DNA of 32,000 bases from Aeropyrum pernix K1 (GCF_000011125.1 NC_000854.2:990001-1022000), one strand, 5' to 3'. Numbered from the stretch's first letter, positions 8,731 to 18,496 are shown. Numbers and translations: made by a program. The notes: generated from the sequence alone by a model not told the origin.

Positions 8731-9705
8731 CTACTCACCTCCGCCCTCGTTAAGCCAGCACGCGCTGAGGTGGCCATCGCCCACCCGGAAGAGGGGGGGC
8801 TCCTCCCGGGAGCACCTGTCGAAGGCTTTCGGGCAGCGGGGGTGGAACCTGCAGCCGGGCGGCGGGTTGCGGAGGTCCGGTGGGGAGCCTGGTATGTAGG
8901 CTAGCCTGTCTATGGGGCCCCTGAGCTTTGGTATGGCTTTGAGGAGTGCCTGGGTGTATGGGTGCTGGGGTTTTGTGAAGACAGCGTCGCTGGGCCCGTA
9001 CTCCGCTATCTTGCCTCCATACATTATCATCACTGTCTCGGCCAGCTCGGCTATAACTGAGAGGTCGTGGGTTATCAGTATTATCGATAGGTTCTTCTCC
9101 CACGCCAGCTTCTTGAGCAGGTTGAGTATCTGGGCCTGTACCACCACGTCCAGGGCTGTGGTGGGCTCGTCGGCTATCACTATATCCGGCTCCAGAGCCA
9201 GGGCCATGGCTATCACCACCCTCTGCTTCTGCCCCCCGCTAAGCTCGTGGGGGTAGCGGTCGGCTATGCTCCTGTGGAGGCCCACGCTCTCAAGCAGCTC
9301 GTAAACCCTCTGCCTCGCCTCGTGCCTCCCGACACCCCTGTGTATCTGCAGCACCTCCTCGATCTGCCTACCGACGGTGTATACAGGGGTGAGGACGTTC
9401 ATAGCCCCCTGGAACACCATGCTGACCTTCTTCCACCTCACCTTCCTCCTAAGCTCTGCCTCGCTCATCGAGGTTACATCCATCCCGTCTATCATTATCC
9501 TCCCGCCGACTATCCTCCCTGGAGGGGGGACAAGGCCTAGTATGCTCCATGCTAGGGTGCTCTTCCCGCTGCCGCTCTCCCCCGCTATACCCAGGACTTC
9601 GCCCCTCCTCAGGGTGAAGGACACGCCGTCAACAGCCTTCACTATACCCCTGAGGGTGTAGAAGTATGTTTTGAGGTCCTCAACCACTAGGAGCTCCTGA
9701 GCCAC
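8731..9705 (-). CDS. Oligopeptide/dipeptide ABC transporter ATP-binding protein (DppD/OppD type)
   Basis: GESGSGKST, LSGGQKQRVVIAMALALEPDIVIADEPTTALDVVVQAQ, and the C-terminal PPGCRFHPRCPKAFDRC. Confidence 0.95.
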   Translation of the reverse strand: MAQELLVVEDLKTYFYTLRGIVKAVDGVSFTLRRGEVLGIAGESGSGKSTLAWSILGLVPPPGRIVGGRIMIDGMDVTSMSEAELRRKVRWKKVSMVFQGAMNVLTPVYTVGRQIEEVLQIHRGVGRHEARQRVYELLESVGLHRSIADRYPHELSGGQKQRVVIAMALALEPDIVIADEPTTALDVVVQAQILNLLKKLAWEKNLSIILITHDLSVIAELAETVMIMYGGKIAEYGPSDAVFTKPQHPYTQALLKAIPKLRGPIDRLAYIPGSPPDLRNPPPGCRFHPRCPKAFDRCSREEPPLFRVGDGHLSACWLNEGGGE

Positions 9706-9711
9706 CTCTCT

Positions 9712-11295
9712 TCACCTCTTCAGCTTGGGGTTCAGGATCGCGTCCAGAGCGTTCCCTATGAACACGAAGGTCATGCCGACGACCGCTATGGCCAGCCCGG
9801 GGGGTATGACCCACCACCAGTACCCGTTTAGGGCGGCCCCCGCGTCCTGCGCCTCGAACAGTATCTTGCCCCAGGTGACCAGGTCGGGGTCGCCCAGGTT
9901 GAGGAAGCTGAGGCTCGCCTCAGCTATAACCGCCCCCGGCACGCTGAGAGCCATGCTGGCGAACATGTAGGGGAGAACCTGGGGCGCTAGGTATAGTAGC
10001 ACGATCCTCACGGTACCTGCACCGCTGGCGATAGCGGCCTCCACGTAGGGCTCGCTCTTTATCTGGAACGCCATGCTCCTAGTGACGAACGCTATGCCGG
10101 GCCAGCTGAAGGCTACTATGAGGAATATTATAACCCATATGTTGCCGCCTATTATAGCCGCGAACAGTATCAGCAGGGGGAGCGCCGGGAGGCTGTAGAT
10201 TATCTGCGCGAACCTTAGCATAACCTCATCAGCTATTCCCCCTAGGTAGCCGGAGACTATGCCGTAGAGGCTGCCGAACACCACTGTTATCGCGCTTGTC
10301 AGAAGCCCGACTATGAGGGCCCACCTAGTGCCGTAGAGGAGGCCCTGGAAGAGGTCGCGCCCCTGGTCGTCAGTTCCCAGTAGGCCGTAGCAGGATCCCT
10401 TCACGACTAGCTTCTCCGGCTGCACATCTATCTCGGCCTCCTGGGCCAGGAATATTATGTTGAGTCTGTAGGTACCGTTGAGCACGTCGAAGCTCCCGGT
10501 GACCAGCGAGTTAACCGGGTCGGTAGAGAATATGGCCTTATACAGGTTTGTCGCTATGTTGCCGAAGCCCACCTGAGAAACATCGACGCCCTGCTCTTGG
10601 AGGCTCGGTATGACGAACCTCTGGAGGAGGGACTGGCTTGTGGCCATGCTCTTGAGGCTGAAGCTGACGGAAGAGCCCTTCAGCTTTTTAAGCGGCATCC
10701 CGGGGAAGACGCTGTCTATCCTCACTCCAGGCTGCTGTAGCTGCGCCGGGAGCCCCCCGACCACGGGGAGCTGGGGCCCCTCCTTCTTCTCGACGAAGAC
10801 GAACTCGGAGCCGTCTGGCCTCTCAAGGTATATCTTCTCTACGTACATGAACCCCTCGGTCACGTTATAGGCCATGAAGAGGGTTGAGTACACGTCTACT
10901 GGCGGCTTGTTCCCGGTGACGTCAAACTCCATGTTTATAATAAGCCTGACGTAACCCTCGTCGCCCCTCACCACAGAAGCCCTAAGCTTCTCCGCAAGCA
11001 ACTGACTGGTCTCCGGGTCGTCGGCCTTTAGAACTAGCGTTGGCGTGGGGTTCCTCCCCCTTAGCTCCTCAAACCAGCAGGGGGGCACAGTCTTCGGATA
11101 GTCCTCGAAGTACTGAGTGTTAGTGAACCAGTTCCTTATAGCCTCCTGGTCTCCGTAGATCTCGAAGGACACGGCCATGAAGAGGAGTATAACGAAGAGT
11201 ATGAGGCCTACTATCCCTATGGGATACCTAAGGTATTCGCGGAAGAAGCCCTTCACACTCTCCGCCGTAAGGCTCACCTTTTTACACCCCGCCAC
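9712..11295 (-). CDS. Oligopeptide/dipeptide ABC transporter permease (DppC/OppC type) with a large extra N-proximal domain
   Basis: The C-terminal half has the permease core HLLGTDDQGRDLFQGLLYGTR-like sequence and ...EAAIASGAGTVRIVLLYLAPQVLP (EAA motif). About 200 aa lie between TM1 and the core. Confidence 0.92.
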   Translation of the reverse strand: MAGCKKVSLTAESVKGFFREYLRYPIGIVGLILFVILLFMAVSFEIYGDQEAIRNWFTNTQYFEDYPKTVPPCWFEELRGRNPTPTLVLKADDPETSQLLAEKLRASVVRGDEGYVRLIINMEFDVTGNKPPVDVYSTLFMAYNVTEGFMYVEKIYLERPDGSEFVFVEKKEGPQLPVVGGLPAQLQQPGVRIDSVFPGMPLKKLKGSSVSFSLKSMATSQSLLQRFVIPSLQEQGVDVSQVGFGNIATNLYKAIFSTDPVNSLVTGSFDVLNGTYRLNIIFLAQEAEIDVQPEKLVVKGSCYGLLGTDDQGRDLFQGLLYGTRWALIVGLLTSAITVVFGSLYGIVSGYLGGIADEVMLRFAQIIYSLPALPLLILFAAIIGGNIWVIIFLIVAFSWPGIAFVTRSMAFQIKSEPYVEAAIASGAGTVRIVLLYLAPQVLPYMFASMALSVPGAVIAEASLSFLNLGDPDLVTWGKILFEAQDAGAALNGYWWWVIPPGLAIAVVGMTFVFIGNALDAILNPKLKR

Positions 11296-11313
11296 GGATA
11301 GTTGATGGCCTGG

Positions 11314-12405
11314 TTATGTTGCGCCAGTCCTCACCCTCGGGTCCAACAGGCTGTAGATAAAGTCCAATATAAGGATTGTCAGTATGAAGAAGACTGTCAG
11401 AACCCATGTGCTGGCGACCAGCACTTTGGCGTCGCTCTGCTGTATAGCGATCCAGTAGACTAGCCCCATGCCTGGCCAGCCGAAGACCGCCTCGGTTATA
11501 ATGGCGCCGCCGAAGGCTCCGACTATGCTGAGGGCAAGGTATGTGACTATGGGGGGGCTGCTAGTCCTAAGGACGTGGCCGTATATGACCCGCCTCTCCG
11601 GTAGCCCCCTCGCCCTGGCGGCGGTGACGAAATCCTCCTGCAGAATACCCAGTACTATGTTCCTTATGAGGTAGGATGCTCCGCCGAAGCTGACGAGAAC
11701 TATTGTCATGACAGGCATGGTCATATACTTAAGCCATATTTTCGCCTGCTCCACTATCTTCTCGAAGAGCGGCAAGTCGGGAGGCAGCTTGCTCAGCTCG
11801 AAGTAGACGTACTGGGCCTGCGCCGGGAATAGGCGGAGGTAGAAGGAGAATATCAGTATCATGATTATGGCGACCCACCATGTGGGGAAGCTCCAGCTTA
11901 TCATGCCGAAGACTGAGAGACCCCTGTCGAATATGCTTCCAGGCTTCCTAGCCATCTGGAAGCCCAGTATAATACCTATAGCGAAGGTTATCAGTGTGGC
12001 TGTCAGGAAAAGTATGGCCGTATTTTTCATGGCGAGCAGGAGTATATCCCCTATGACGTTAGTACCACCTATGTAAGAATACTGAGTCACTCCAAAGTCG
12101 AAAGTTATATTACTCTTTATCAGCTTCACAGTCCAGGTCGCTACATCCTGGACAAAATTGCCCGTCAATCCATACCTCTCCATCAGGTTCTCATAAAGCT
12201 GCCTGGACTTTTCCTCGAGGAGTTCAGGGTTGTTCCTATACTGAACCTCTAGCTGTCTCAAAGCAAGAACATACTCCTCAGCAAGCCTGCCCCGAAGCTC
12301 CGTGACCGTATACACAGCGAATATTCCAGATATAAGTAGGAGGGCGACCAGCAACGTAATAGCTGCGTTCAATATCTTCGCGCCAGCGAAACGGAGAACG
12401 GACAT
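11314..12405 (-). CDS. Oligopeptide/dipeptide ABC transporter permease (DppB/OppB type)
   Basis: FLTATLITFAIGIILGFQMA..., EDFVTAARARGLPERRVIYGHVLRTSSPPIVTYLAL, GGAIITEAVFGWPGMG. Confidence 0.95.
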   Translation of the reverse strand: MSVLRFAGAKILNAAITLLVALLLISGIFAVYTVTELRGRLAEEYVLALRQLEVQYRNNPELLEEKSRQLYENLMERYGLTGNFVQDVATWTVKLIKSNITFDFGVTQYSYIGGTNVIGDILLLAMKNTAILFLTATLITFAIGIILGFQMARKPGSIFDRGLSVFGMISWSFPTWWVAIIMILIFSFYLRLFPAQAQYVYFELSKLPPDLPLFEKIVEQAKIWLKYMTMPVMTIVLVSFGGASYLIRNIVLGILQEDFVTAARARGLPERRVIYGHVLRTSSPPIVTYLALSIVGAFGGAIITEAVFGWPGMGLVYWIAIQQSDAKVLVASTWVLTVFFILTILILDFIYSLLDPRVRTGAT

Positions 12406-12693
12406 CCATTAGCCCCCCGCCTAGCTCCTAATTAAAACCTCTTAGATATCCAACTGGTAAATATGCCTCTCCCTGAAGACCAGCACGGAGGTTTACACTT
12501 GAAGATTAAGATGAGAATAGATATTATCCTGCTAGCATGTCTAAAGAGCCTTCCCCGATACCCGATCCGGAGATAATGACGGGCAAGCATAGTTAGAAAT
12601 ATAGTTAGAAATTAGGGAAGAAAGAGCGGGTTTTGAAGTTTGTGAAGAGAAAAATACCTTTTTGACGATAAGATAGGGGGTTGATAAGCTGCT

Positions 12694-15441
12694 TTAGCCT
12701 TGTCTCCTGAGGTAGAAGAACGCTGCTGCAGCCAGTATTATCAGTATTATTATTGCGGCGAGCACAGTAGTGCTGACGCCTGTAGTCACTGTCGTAGTGG
12801 CGGTTACGGTCTCGGTCTGCGTCTCGACCTGGGTCTTCGTAACAGTCTCCGTCTGGACCTGGGTTACAGTCTTCTCCACTGTCTTGGTTATAACCACTGT
12901 CTGGGCAGGTGTTGTTTCGGTCGGAGTAGTCTCGGTCTCTGTTGTGGTGGTCTCGGTGGTTGTCGTCTCTGTCGGAGTGGTCTCTGTTGTGGTGGTCGGC
13001 GGGGCTGTCTCTATGGTGCCGTAGACGTTATTCCTGGTTACCTCCAGTAGCTGTGGCGGTATGAAGCCCTTGCCTAGCGGGTAGTCCTCGAAGAAGACTA
13101 GCTCCATAACGTTGGCGTTGGGGTCGTAGCTCTCCACCATAAACGGACCGTTGAACACGACGGCGTGGCCCTTCTCGTTTATGAAGTTCACGTAGGCCTG
13201 CAGCCTAGCGTCCATGTCGCTCTGGCTCAGCAGGTTAAGGCCGTTCACGTACTTCAGCGCCTCGGGCTGGCCCACCAGCTCTGAAGCCATCTGGGCTATC
13301 ACGTCTGGGTGCTTGAGGAGGTCGACTGCTATCTCGCCAGTCGCCTCCCTATCGGTCCAGCCGTAGTTGGTGCCTCCCGGATCCTCGACAACAGCCTTCT
13401 CGAGAGCTATTATCATGTGTAGGGGTGTCCATACCCACATGTCTATCGTGGAGGCTATCAGAGCCGGGTCGACGTCCAGGTAGGGCGTGTAAACCTCTAT
13501 CGTGTCCTCGTCAACTATCTTAATACCGTATATCAGCTCTAGTGTTCCCGTTACTGCACCGTCTATCTCGGAGTCGTAGTACGGGTCGGGCTGGCCTGTT
13601 ATCTGGCTGTCGTCGAACGCCCACTCATAGTAGAATGCTAGCACTCCAAGTATGTCTGCAAGCGTCATGTCTGTGCCGTCGTGCCACTTGCCCAGGACGA
13701 AGTCGAACGTAACCTTGGCGGAGGCCTGTGCTCCCTCGGAGACTACGCTGCCCACGCCTGGTATGTAGTCCTTGCCCTGCGCCTTAGCCTCACCAACGGT
13801 GATCCACTTGTTCTCAACGGGGTCGTAGACCATGGCGTCATCCGGCACTGGTATACCGTCTGGGTTGACCTCGACGTTCCAGCTCTCCCTTATCGGCACT
13901 GGTATGCCCGTAACGGGGTGAGCGTACATTCCAAAGTCAGCGACCTGGTACCTGATTACCTCGCTGTATATGTCTGTGAAGCCTAGCACAGGGTTCCACG
14001 GGCTCAGGAATAGCGCTCCCGCGGCGCTGAACTCTATCACCGTTAAGTTGCCATCAACAGTCCTCGAAGTTCTAATGCCCCACATGCTCCAGAGGCCCGT
14101 TGTGGTGCCGAAAATCAGTCCTGTAACCCTGTTCTTGTTTATGGGGAAGAACTCGAGGTTCTCCGTCAGGAACACCCTAGGTACTTCCTCGAGGCCAAGC
14201 CTCGTCAGGGTCCTGATGTCCTCTCTCAGCTGGTCCACCTGGTCGGGTGTGTAGTTGCCGAAGTACAGCTTGTAGCCTAGCTCGTACATCTCTGGGTTGA
14301 ACCAGAACCACCAGTCCTGCACTCTGTGGTTTGGCCCGTAGCCCCTGAGTGGTGCGTAGAAGAATGCTACGTCGTACCTAGCCCAGTATATTGGGTCGTC
14401 TGTTACGGAGACCCAGCCCTCGGTGTATAGGTGCCATAGCCTGCCTCCGATGGTGTCGCTAGTCTGTATCGGGTTTATACCGTAGACTAGCGGGGTGACT
14501 ATGGTTCTGGTCCTCTCTATCCTGTTCACCTTTATCCATAGGTAGCTCTCGATCCAGTTGGCGATCTGCCTGCCGCTGTCTAGCCTCTCGTCCTCAACCC
14601 TTATCAGGAAGTTTACCTCGACTGGCACCTCAGTCCCGTCGGGGTAGACGAAGTACAGCCACTTGCCTCCAGGGGCTAGTGGGTCGTCCTTGAACACCAG
14701 CTGGTATCCGTACTCGGCGTAGATCTGGTTAAGCTCGTTTATCGCCTCCTCCATTAGCTGCTGGGCCGTGGCTACGTCAGCGACGCTGGTGACGCCGAGT
14801 TCCTCGGGTATGTCGGCCACCCACTCGTAGGCCGGGTGGCCTGACCTTATGGCCGTCAGCATGGGGTTGGCGCTGCCCTGGTAGATGCCGTTAACGAGGA
14901 AGCTCCTATCGACTATCAGCTGGAGGGCCTGCCTTATCTTCTTGACGCCGAAGGGGTTGAACTCTATGTTCCTGTCGTTGGGGTCGACCTGGGTTATATC
15001 GACCCAGTTGCTGCCGAACGCGTCGAGAGAGTTCTTGTAAACCAGCCCGGGTATCTGGACTCCCTGTATAGTCTCATAGTCTCCGGGGCCGTTGACCTTA
15101 ACAACTATCTCCCCCTGCTTCGTGGAGTCGTAAATGTTGCTCGCCAGGTTTATTGCGAGGGCTGTGAAGGTGGAGCTGCTGGGTATAAGGTCTATGTTGG
15201 CCATAACGTCCTGCGGTATGTCGAGGTAGTTCTTCAGGGGCTGGCTCCAGAGGAAGATGTCGGCGTTTCCGCTTCCAACCTCGACGATATCGGCCGTCAT
15301 GTCGGTGACTGTCTTGAACGTTATCGTCTCAACAGGCTGGCCGGCTTGTGCTGACGCGAGCGTGACCAGCGGGATTGAGGGTAGGATGAATATGGCTATC
15401 ATGACCGCTGCTATGAGTATTCTTGCTAAACTGGTTCTCAT
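12694..15441 (-). CDS. Family 5 extracellular solute-binding protein (peptide/sugar) with a Thr-rich stalk and C-terminal membrane anchor
   Basis: Signal-like MRTSLARILIAAVMIAIFILPSIPLVTLASA; the body includes KIRQALQLIVDRSFLVNGIYQG and FDFVLGKWHDGTDMTLADILG. Thr/Glu-rich tail, then TTVLAAIIILIILAAAAFFYLRRQG. The ORF extends to 15486, but promoter placement favours the internal ATG at 15441. Confidence 0.9.
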   Translation of the reverse strand: MRTSLARILIAAVMIAIFILPSIPLVTLASAQAGQPVETITFKTVTDMTADIVEVGSGNADIFLWSQPLKNYLDIPQDVMANIDLIPSSSTFTALAINLASNIYDSTKQGEIVVKVNGPGDYETIQGVQIPGLVYKNSLDAFGSNWVDITQVDPNDRNIEFNPFGVKKIRQALQLIVDRSFLVNGIYQGSANPMLTAIRSGHPAYEWVADIPEELGVTSVADVATAQQLMEEAINELNQIYAEYGYQLVFKDDPLAPGGKWLYFVYPDGTEVPVEVNFLIRVEDERLDSGRQIANWIESYLWIKVNRIERTRTIVTPLVYGINPIQTSDTIGGRLWHLYTEGWVSVTDDPIYWARYDVAFFYAPLRGYGPNHRVQDWWFWFNPEMYELGYKLYFGNYTPDQVDQLREDIRTLTRLGLEEVPRVFLTENLEFFPINKNRVTGLIFGTTTGLWSMWGIRTSRTVDGNLTVIEFSAAGALFLSPWNPVLGFTDIYSEVIRYQVADFGMYAHPVTGIPVPIRESWNVEVNPDGIPVPDDAMVYDPVENKWITVGEAKAQGKDYIPGVGSVVSEGAQASAKVTFDFVLGKWHDGTDMTLADILGVLAFYYEWAFDDSQITGQPDPYYDSEIDGAVTGTLELIYGIKIVDEDTIEVYTPYLDVDPALIASTIDMWVWTPLHMIIALEKAVVEDPGGTNYGWTDREATGEIAVDLLKHPDVIAQMASELVGQPEALKYVNGLNLLSQSDMDARLQAYVNFINEKGHAVVFNGPFMVESYDPNANVMELVFFEDYPLGKGFIPPQLLEVTRNNVYGTIETAPPTTTTETTPTETTTTETTTTETETTPTETTPAQTVVITKTVEKTVTQVQTETVTKTQVETQTETVTATTTVTTGVSTTVLAAIIILIILAAAAFFYLRRQG
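12700..13010 (-). repeat. Low-complexity coding region (TET/TTTETTPTETT stalk) within the solute-binding protein gene
   Basis: Directly visible repetitive ggtggt/gtctc tracts encoding TETTPTETTTTETTTTETETTPTETTPAQTVVITKTVEKTVTQVQTETVTKTQVETQTETVTATT. Confidence 0.85.
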
Positions 15442-15464
15442 AATCAGTTCACCCACCATATGGT

Positions 15465-15476
15465 CATTATTATAAC
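15465..15476 (-). promoter_or_regulatory. TATA box-like element for the peptide transporter operon
   Basis: Minus strand GTTATAATAATG, centre about 15471 and about 30 nt upstream of the ATG at 15441. Confidence 0.55.
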
Positions 15477-15596
15477 GCTTCTCCATAACTGGCTTTAAAT
15501 TCAGCTACAAAGCCGTGTATAGATTCATCAACAGAATAGAGCTGCTTCACAGGCTTATACAGTCTCAACCTCAAAGATAGCCTTGGTGGTGGCCTC

Positions 15597-16037
15597 ATGG
15601 AGAGCGAGCTTTGCCTCAACATCTCGCTAGACCCCTCTACACCCATATCGTCCATAATAGATAGTGTAGGGGTTGCACACCACGTGGTATACGTGGATTC
15701 AGGCGCTACGGTAGCAGATGCAGTGGAGAAGTGCATTAAGGAGGGGTGCGAGTTCATTATAGTGAAGGGCAGGGAGGGCGAGTTCGCTGTCAGTATTAGC
15801 GATGCTGTCAAGAGCTATAGCAGGGAGAAGACCGCCGCAGAGCTTAGGGAGGAAGCCCTCTTTGAAGCCAGCGGGAATGCGAGCATACAGAAGGTAATAA
15901 CAGTTCTCCTGGCGAGCGGCAAGCCAGGGGTCGCTGTTAAGGAGGGGGGGAGGATAGTCAGCATCGTCGCTCTGAGGCTCGTCTCAAAGCTGTTGTCGCT
16001 GGAGATAGACGTTGAGGAGCTTAGGGGGGCCGATTAG
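15597..16037 (+). CDS. Tandem CBS-domain-like protein
   Basis: Two CBS-like units: VVYVDSGATVADAVEKCIKEGCEFIIVKGREGEFAVSISDAV and NASIQKVITVLLASGKPGVAVKEGGRIVSIVALRLVSKLL. Confidence 0.65.
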   Translation: MESELCLNISLDPSTPISSIIDSVGVAHHVVYVDSGATVADAVEKCIKEGCEFIIVKGREGEFAVSISDAVKSYSREKTAAELREEALFEASGNASIQKVITVLLASGKPGVAVKEGGRIVSIVALRLVSKLLSLEIDVEELRGAD

Positions 16038-16071
16038 ATAGGGTAGGGCTAGCGGTAAATAATGGGGGTAG

Positions 16072-17250
<1,179 letters not shown>

Positions 17251-17258
17251 ACTATATA

Positions 17259-17284
17259 ACCTCATTATATTACCTCATTATATT
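17259..17284 (+). repeat. 13-bp tandem duplication (acctcattatatt x2)
   Basis: Exact: acctcattatatt|acctcattatatt, between the cysO stop and the acyl-CoA dehydrogenase remnant. Confidence 0.9.
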
Positions 17285-17763
17285 CTGAGCCCCCTCCGCG
17301 CCTACATAGTAGCTATAGCTTGCCAGGAGCCCCCTATAAACGTCTATCTCCTTTATAACTTATAGCGCCGTGGACCTGCATCGCCAAGTCGAATATAGAC
17401 TTGGCCACGTTGACCGGCTTCAGCTCGGCACTAGCGTTATAGAAGCGTAGATTCCTTGGCTTAAGGCCCGCCTCTCTCCACGTATATCCTGTCAGCCATC
17501 CACGCAGCCTTGTAAACTAGTAGGCGGGCGGCTTCAAGCTCCATTGCAGCCTCTGCTATCGGGAAGCTTATGCCTTGGAAGGATAATGTAGGCCGGCCGT
17601 CGAACAACTCTCTGCCACGTGCATATTCGACTGTCCGCTCTAGCGCCTATCTTGCGGCTCCTATGTTTGCTGCTGCCACAAGGATCCCGGCCAGGTTGAA
17701 GCCTTCCATGGCTACGTAGAAGCCCCTATTCTCCTCGCCTATAACGTTCTCCACGCTAATATC
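17270..17763 (-). pseudogene. Acyl-CoA dehydrogenase C-terminal region, degraded
   Basis: Minus strand reads DISVENVIGEENRGFYVAMEGFNLAGILVAAANIGAAR*ALERTVEYARGRELFDGRPTLSFQGISFPIAEAAMELEAARLLVYKAAWMADRIYVERGG, then a frameshift to LKPRNLRFYNASAELKPVNVAKSIFDLAMQVHGAISYKGD, then another shift to SYSYYVGAEGAQNIMR. An in-frame TAG lies at 17647-17649. Confidence 0.85.
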
Positions 17764-17774
17764 TTACCCCTGGA

Positions 17775-17788
17775 TGTTTATATTTCGC
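17775..17788 (+). repeat. 14-bp direct repeat copy 1 flanking vapBC
   Basis: tgtttatatttcgc, immediately adjacent to the PIN-gene stop codon. Confidence 0.85.
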
Positions 17789-18187
17789 TTACCTGAAGGG
17801 ATCTATCGTCTTGAGTATTCCCCTGTAGGGTTTCTCGTCTTCTGTGATGATCCTGTCTGCACCGTTGTTTAGGTATGTGTAGGCGAGGAGTCTATCCCAA
17901 AAGTAGCGTGGAGGTGATTGTGAGGCCTGTAGCACTTCAAGGTGGGTGTAGTGGACTACACGTAGTGTCCTTGTGAGCGTGTAGGCGAGTGTTTGTGCAA
18001 GTGGAGTAGCTGCCGGGTACTTTCTTTTTACCGCGTATATGGTCTCGGCCAGCACTTGGGAGGAGACGATGTACTCCGTCGGATGTTTTAGAGCCTGTTC
18101 TATTACCTCTACTGCTTTCTCATGCTTCTCTCCTGCTTTGTTATCCATTGCGTAGATTAGTATGTTAGTATCGAGTCCTGCTGGCAT
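17789..18187 (-). CDS. vapC: PIN-domain toxin (VapC-like)
   Basis: LDTNILIYAMD...SSQVLAETIYAV...FWDRLLAYTYLNNGADRIITEDEKPY: the conserved acidic residues of PIN domains. Confidence 0.9.
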   Translation of the reverse strand: MPAGLDTNILIYAMDNKAGEKHEKAVEVIEQALKHPTEYIVSSQVLAETIYAVKRKYPAATPLAQTLAYTLTRTLRVVHYTHLEVLQASQSPPRYFWDRLLAYTYLNNGADRIITEDEKPYRGILKTIDPFR

Positions 18188-18341
18188 AGATTCTCTGCCT
18201 CCTCAGGTCCTTTTGTTTCACTCCGAGGGGGGCTCCCTTCCTAAGGAGTTCTATTAACCGTTCTACCCCTCTTTCTTCGTCGAAGTCCTCGGGCACCTCA
18301 ACCTCAATGGTTATCTTCTTGGTCGCCACCGCCTCTCCCAT
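18165..18341 (-). CDS. vapB: VapB-like antitoxin, 58 aa, not in the supplied ORF track
   Basis: Manual translation: MGEAVATKKITIEVEVPEDFDEERGVERLIELLRKGAPLGVKQKDLRRQRIYASRTRY*. It overlaps the start of the PIN gene by 23 nt, stop included, with a TATA-like AAATATAAA about 22 nt upstream of the ATG. Confidence 0.75.
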   Translation of the reverse strand: MGEAVATKKITIEVEVPEDFDEERGVERLIELLRKGAPLGVKQKDLRRQRIYASRTRY

Positions 18342-18361
18342 GGTAGTATTCTTGATGTTGG

Positions 18362-18375
18362 TGTTTATATTTCGC
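18362..18375 (-). promoter_or_regulatory. 14-bp direct repeat copy 2, also a TATA-like element for vapBC
   Basis: Minus strand GCGAAATATAAACA, same sequence as 17775-17788; position is consistent with a leaderless vapB transcript. Confidence 0.6.
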
Positions 18376-18496
18376 CCTCTCCACTGACAGGTTTTTATAC
18401 TACCTCGCGCAAAATCATTAGGGTCGTGGCCTGGAGGGACCAGCCGACGCGCCTTAGGGTGATGAGCAGGGTACCCTCGATCCTCCGGGCGGGATA

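Noticed and set aside
7862-8899. 345-aa plus-strand ORF antisense to the two ABC ATPases
   Set aside because: Tyr/Pro/His-rich shadow frame opposite strongly supported Walker/signature motifs; a GC-rich codon-bias artefact.
12700-13050. 116-aa plus-strand ORF (MSPEVEERCCSQYYQYYYCG...) and the overlapping 84-aa ORF
   Set aside because: Antisense shadow of the Thr/Glu-rich stalk codons of the solute-binding protein; biased composition and no independent support.
15500-15560. Possible C/D-box sRNA on the minus strand (TTGATGA...CTGA)
   Set aside because: Only one imperfect C box and one D box, with no D'/C' pair; insufficient support.
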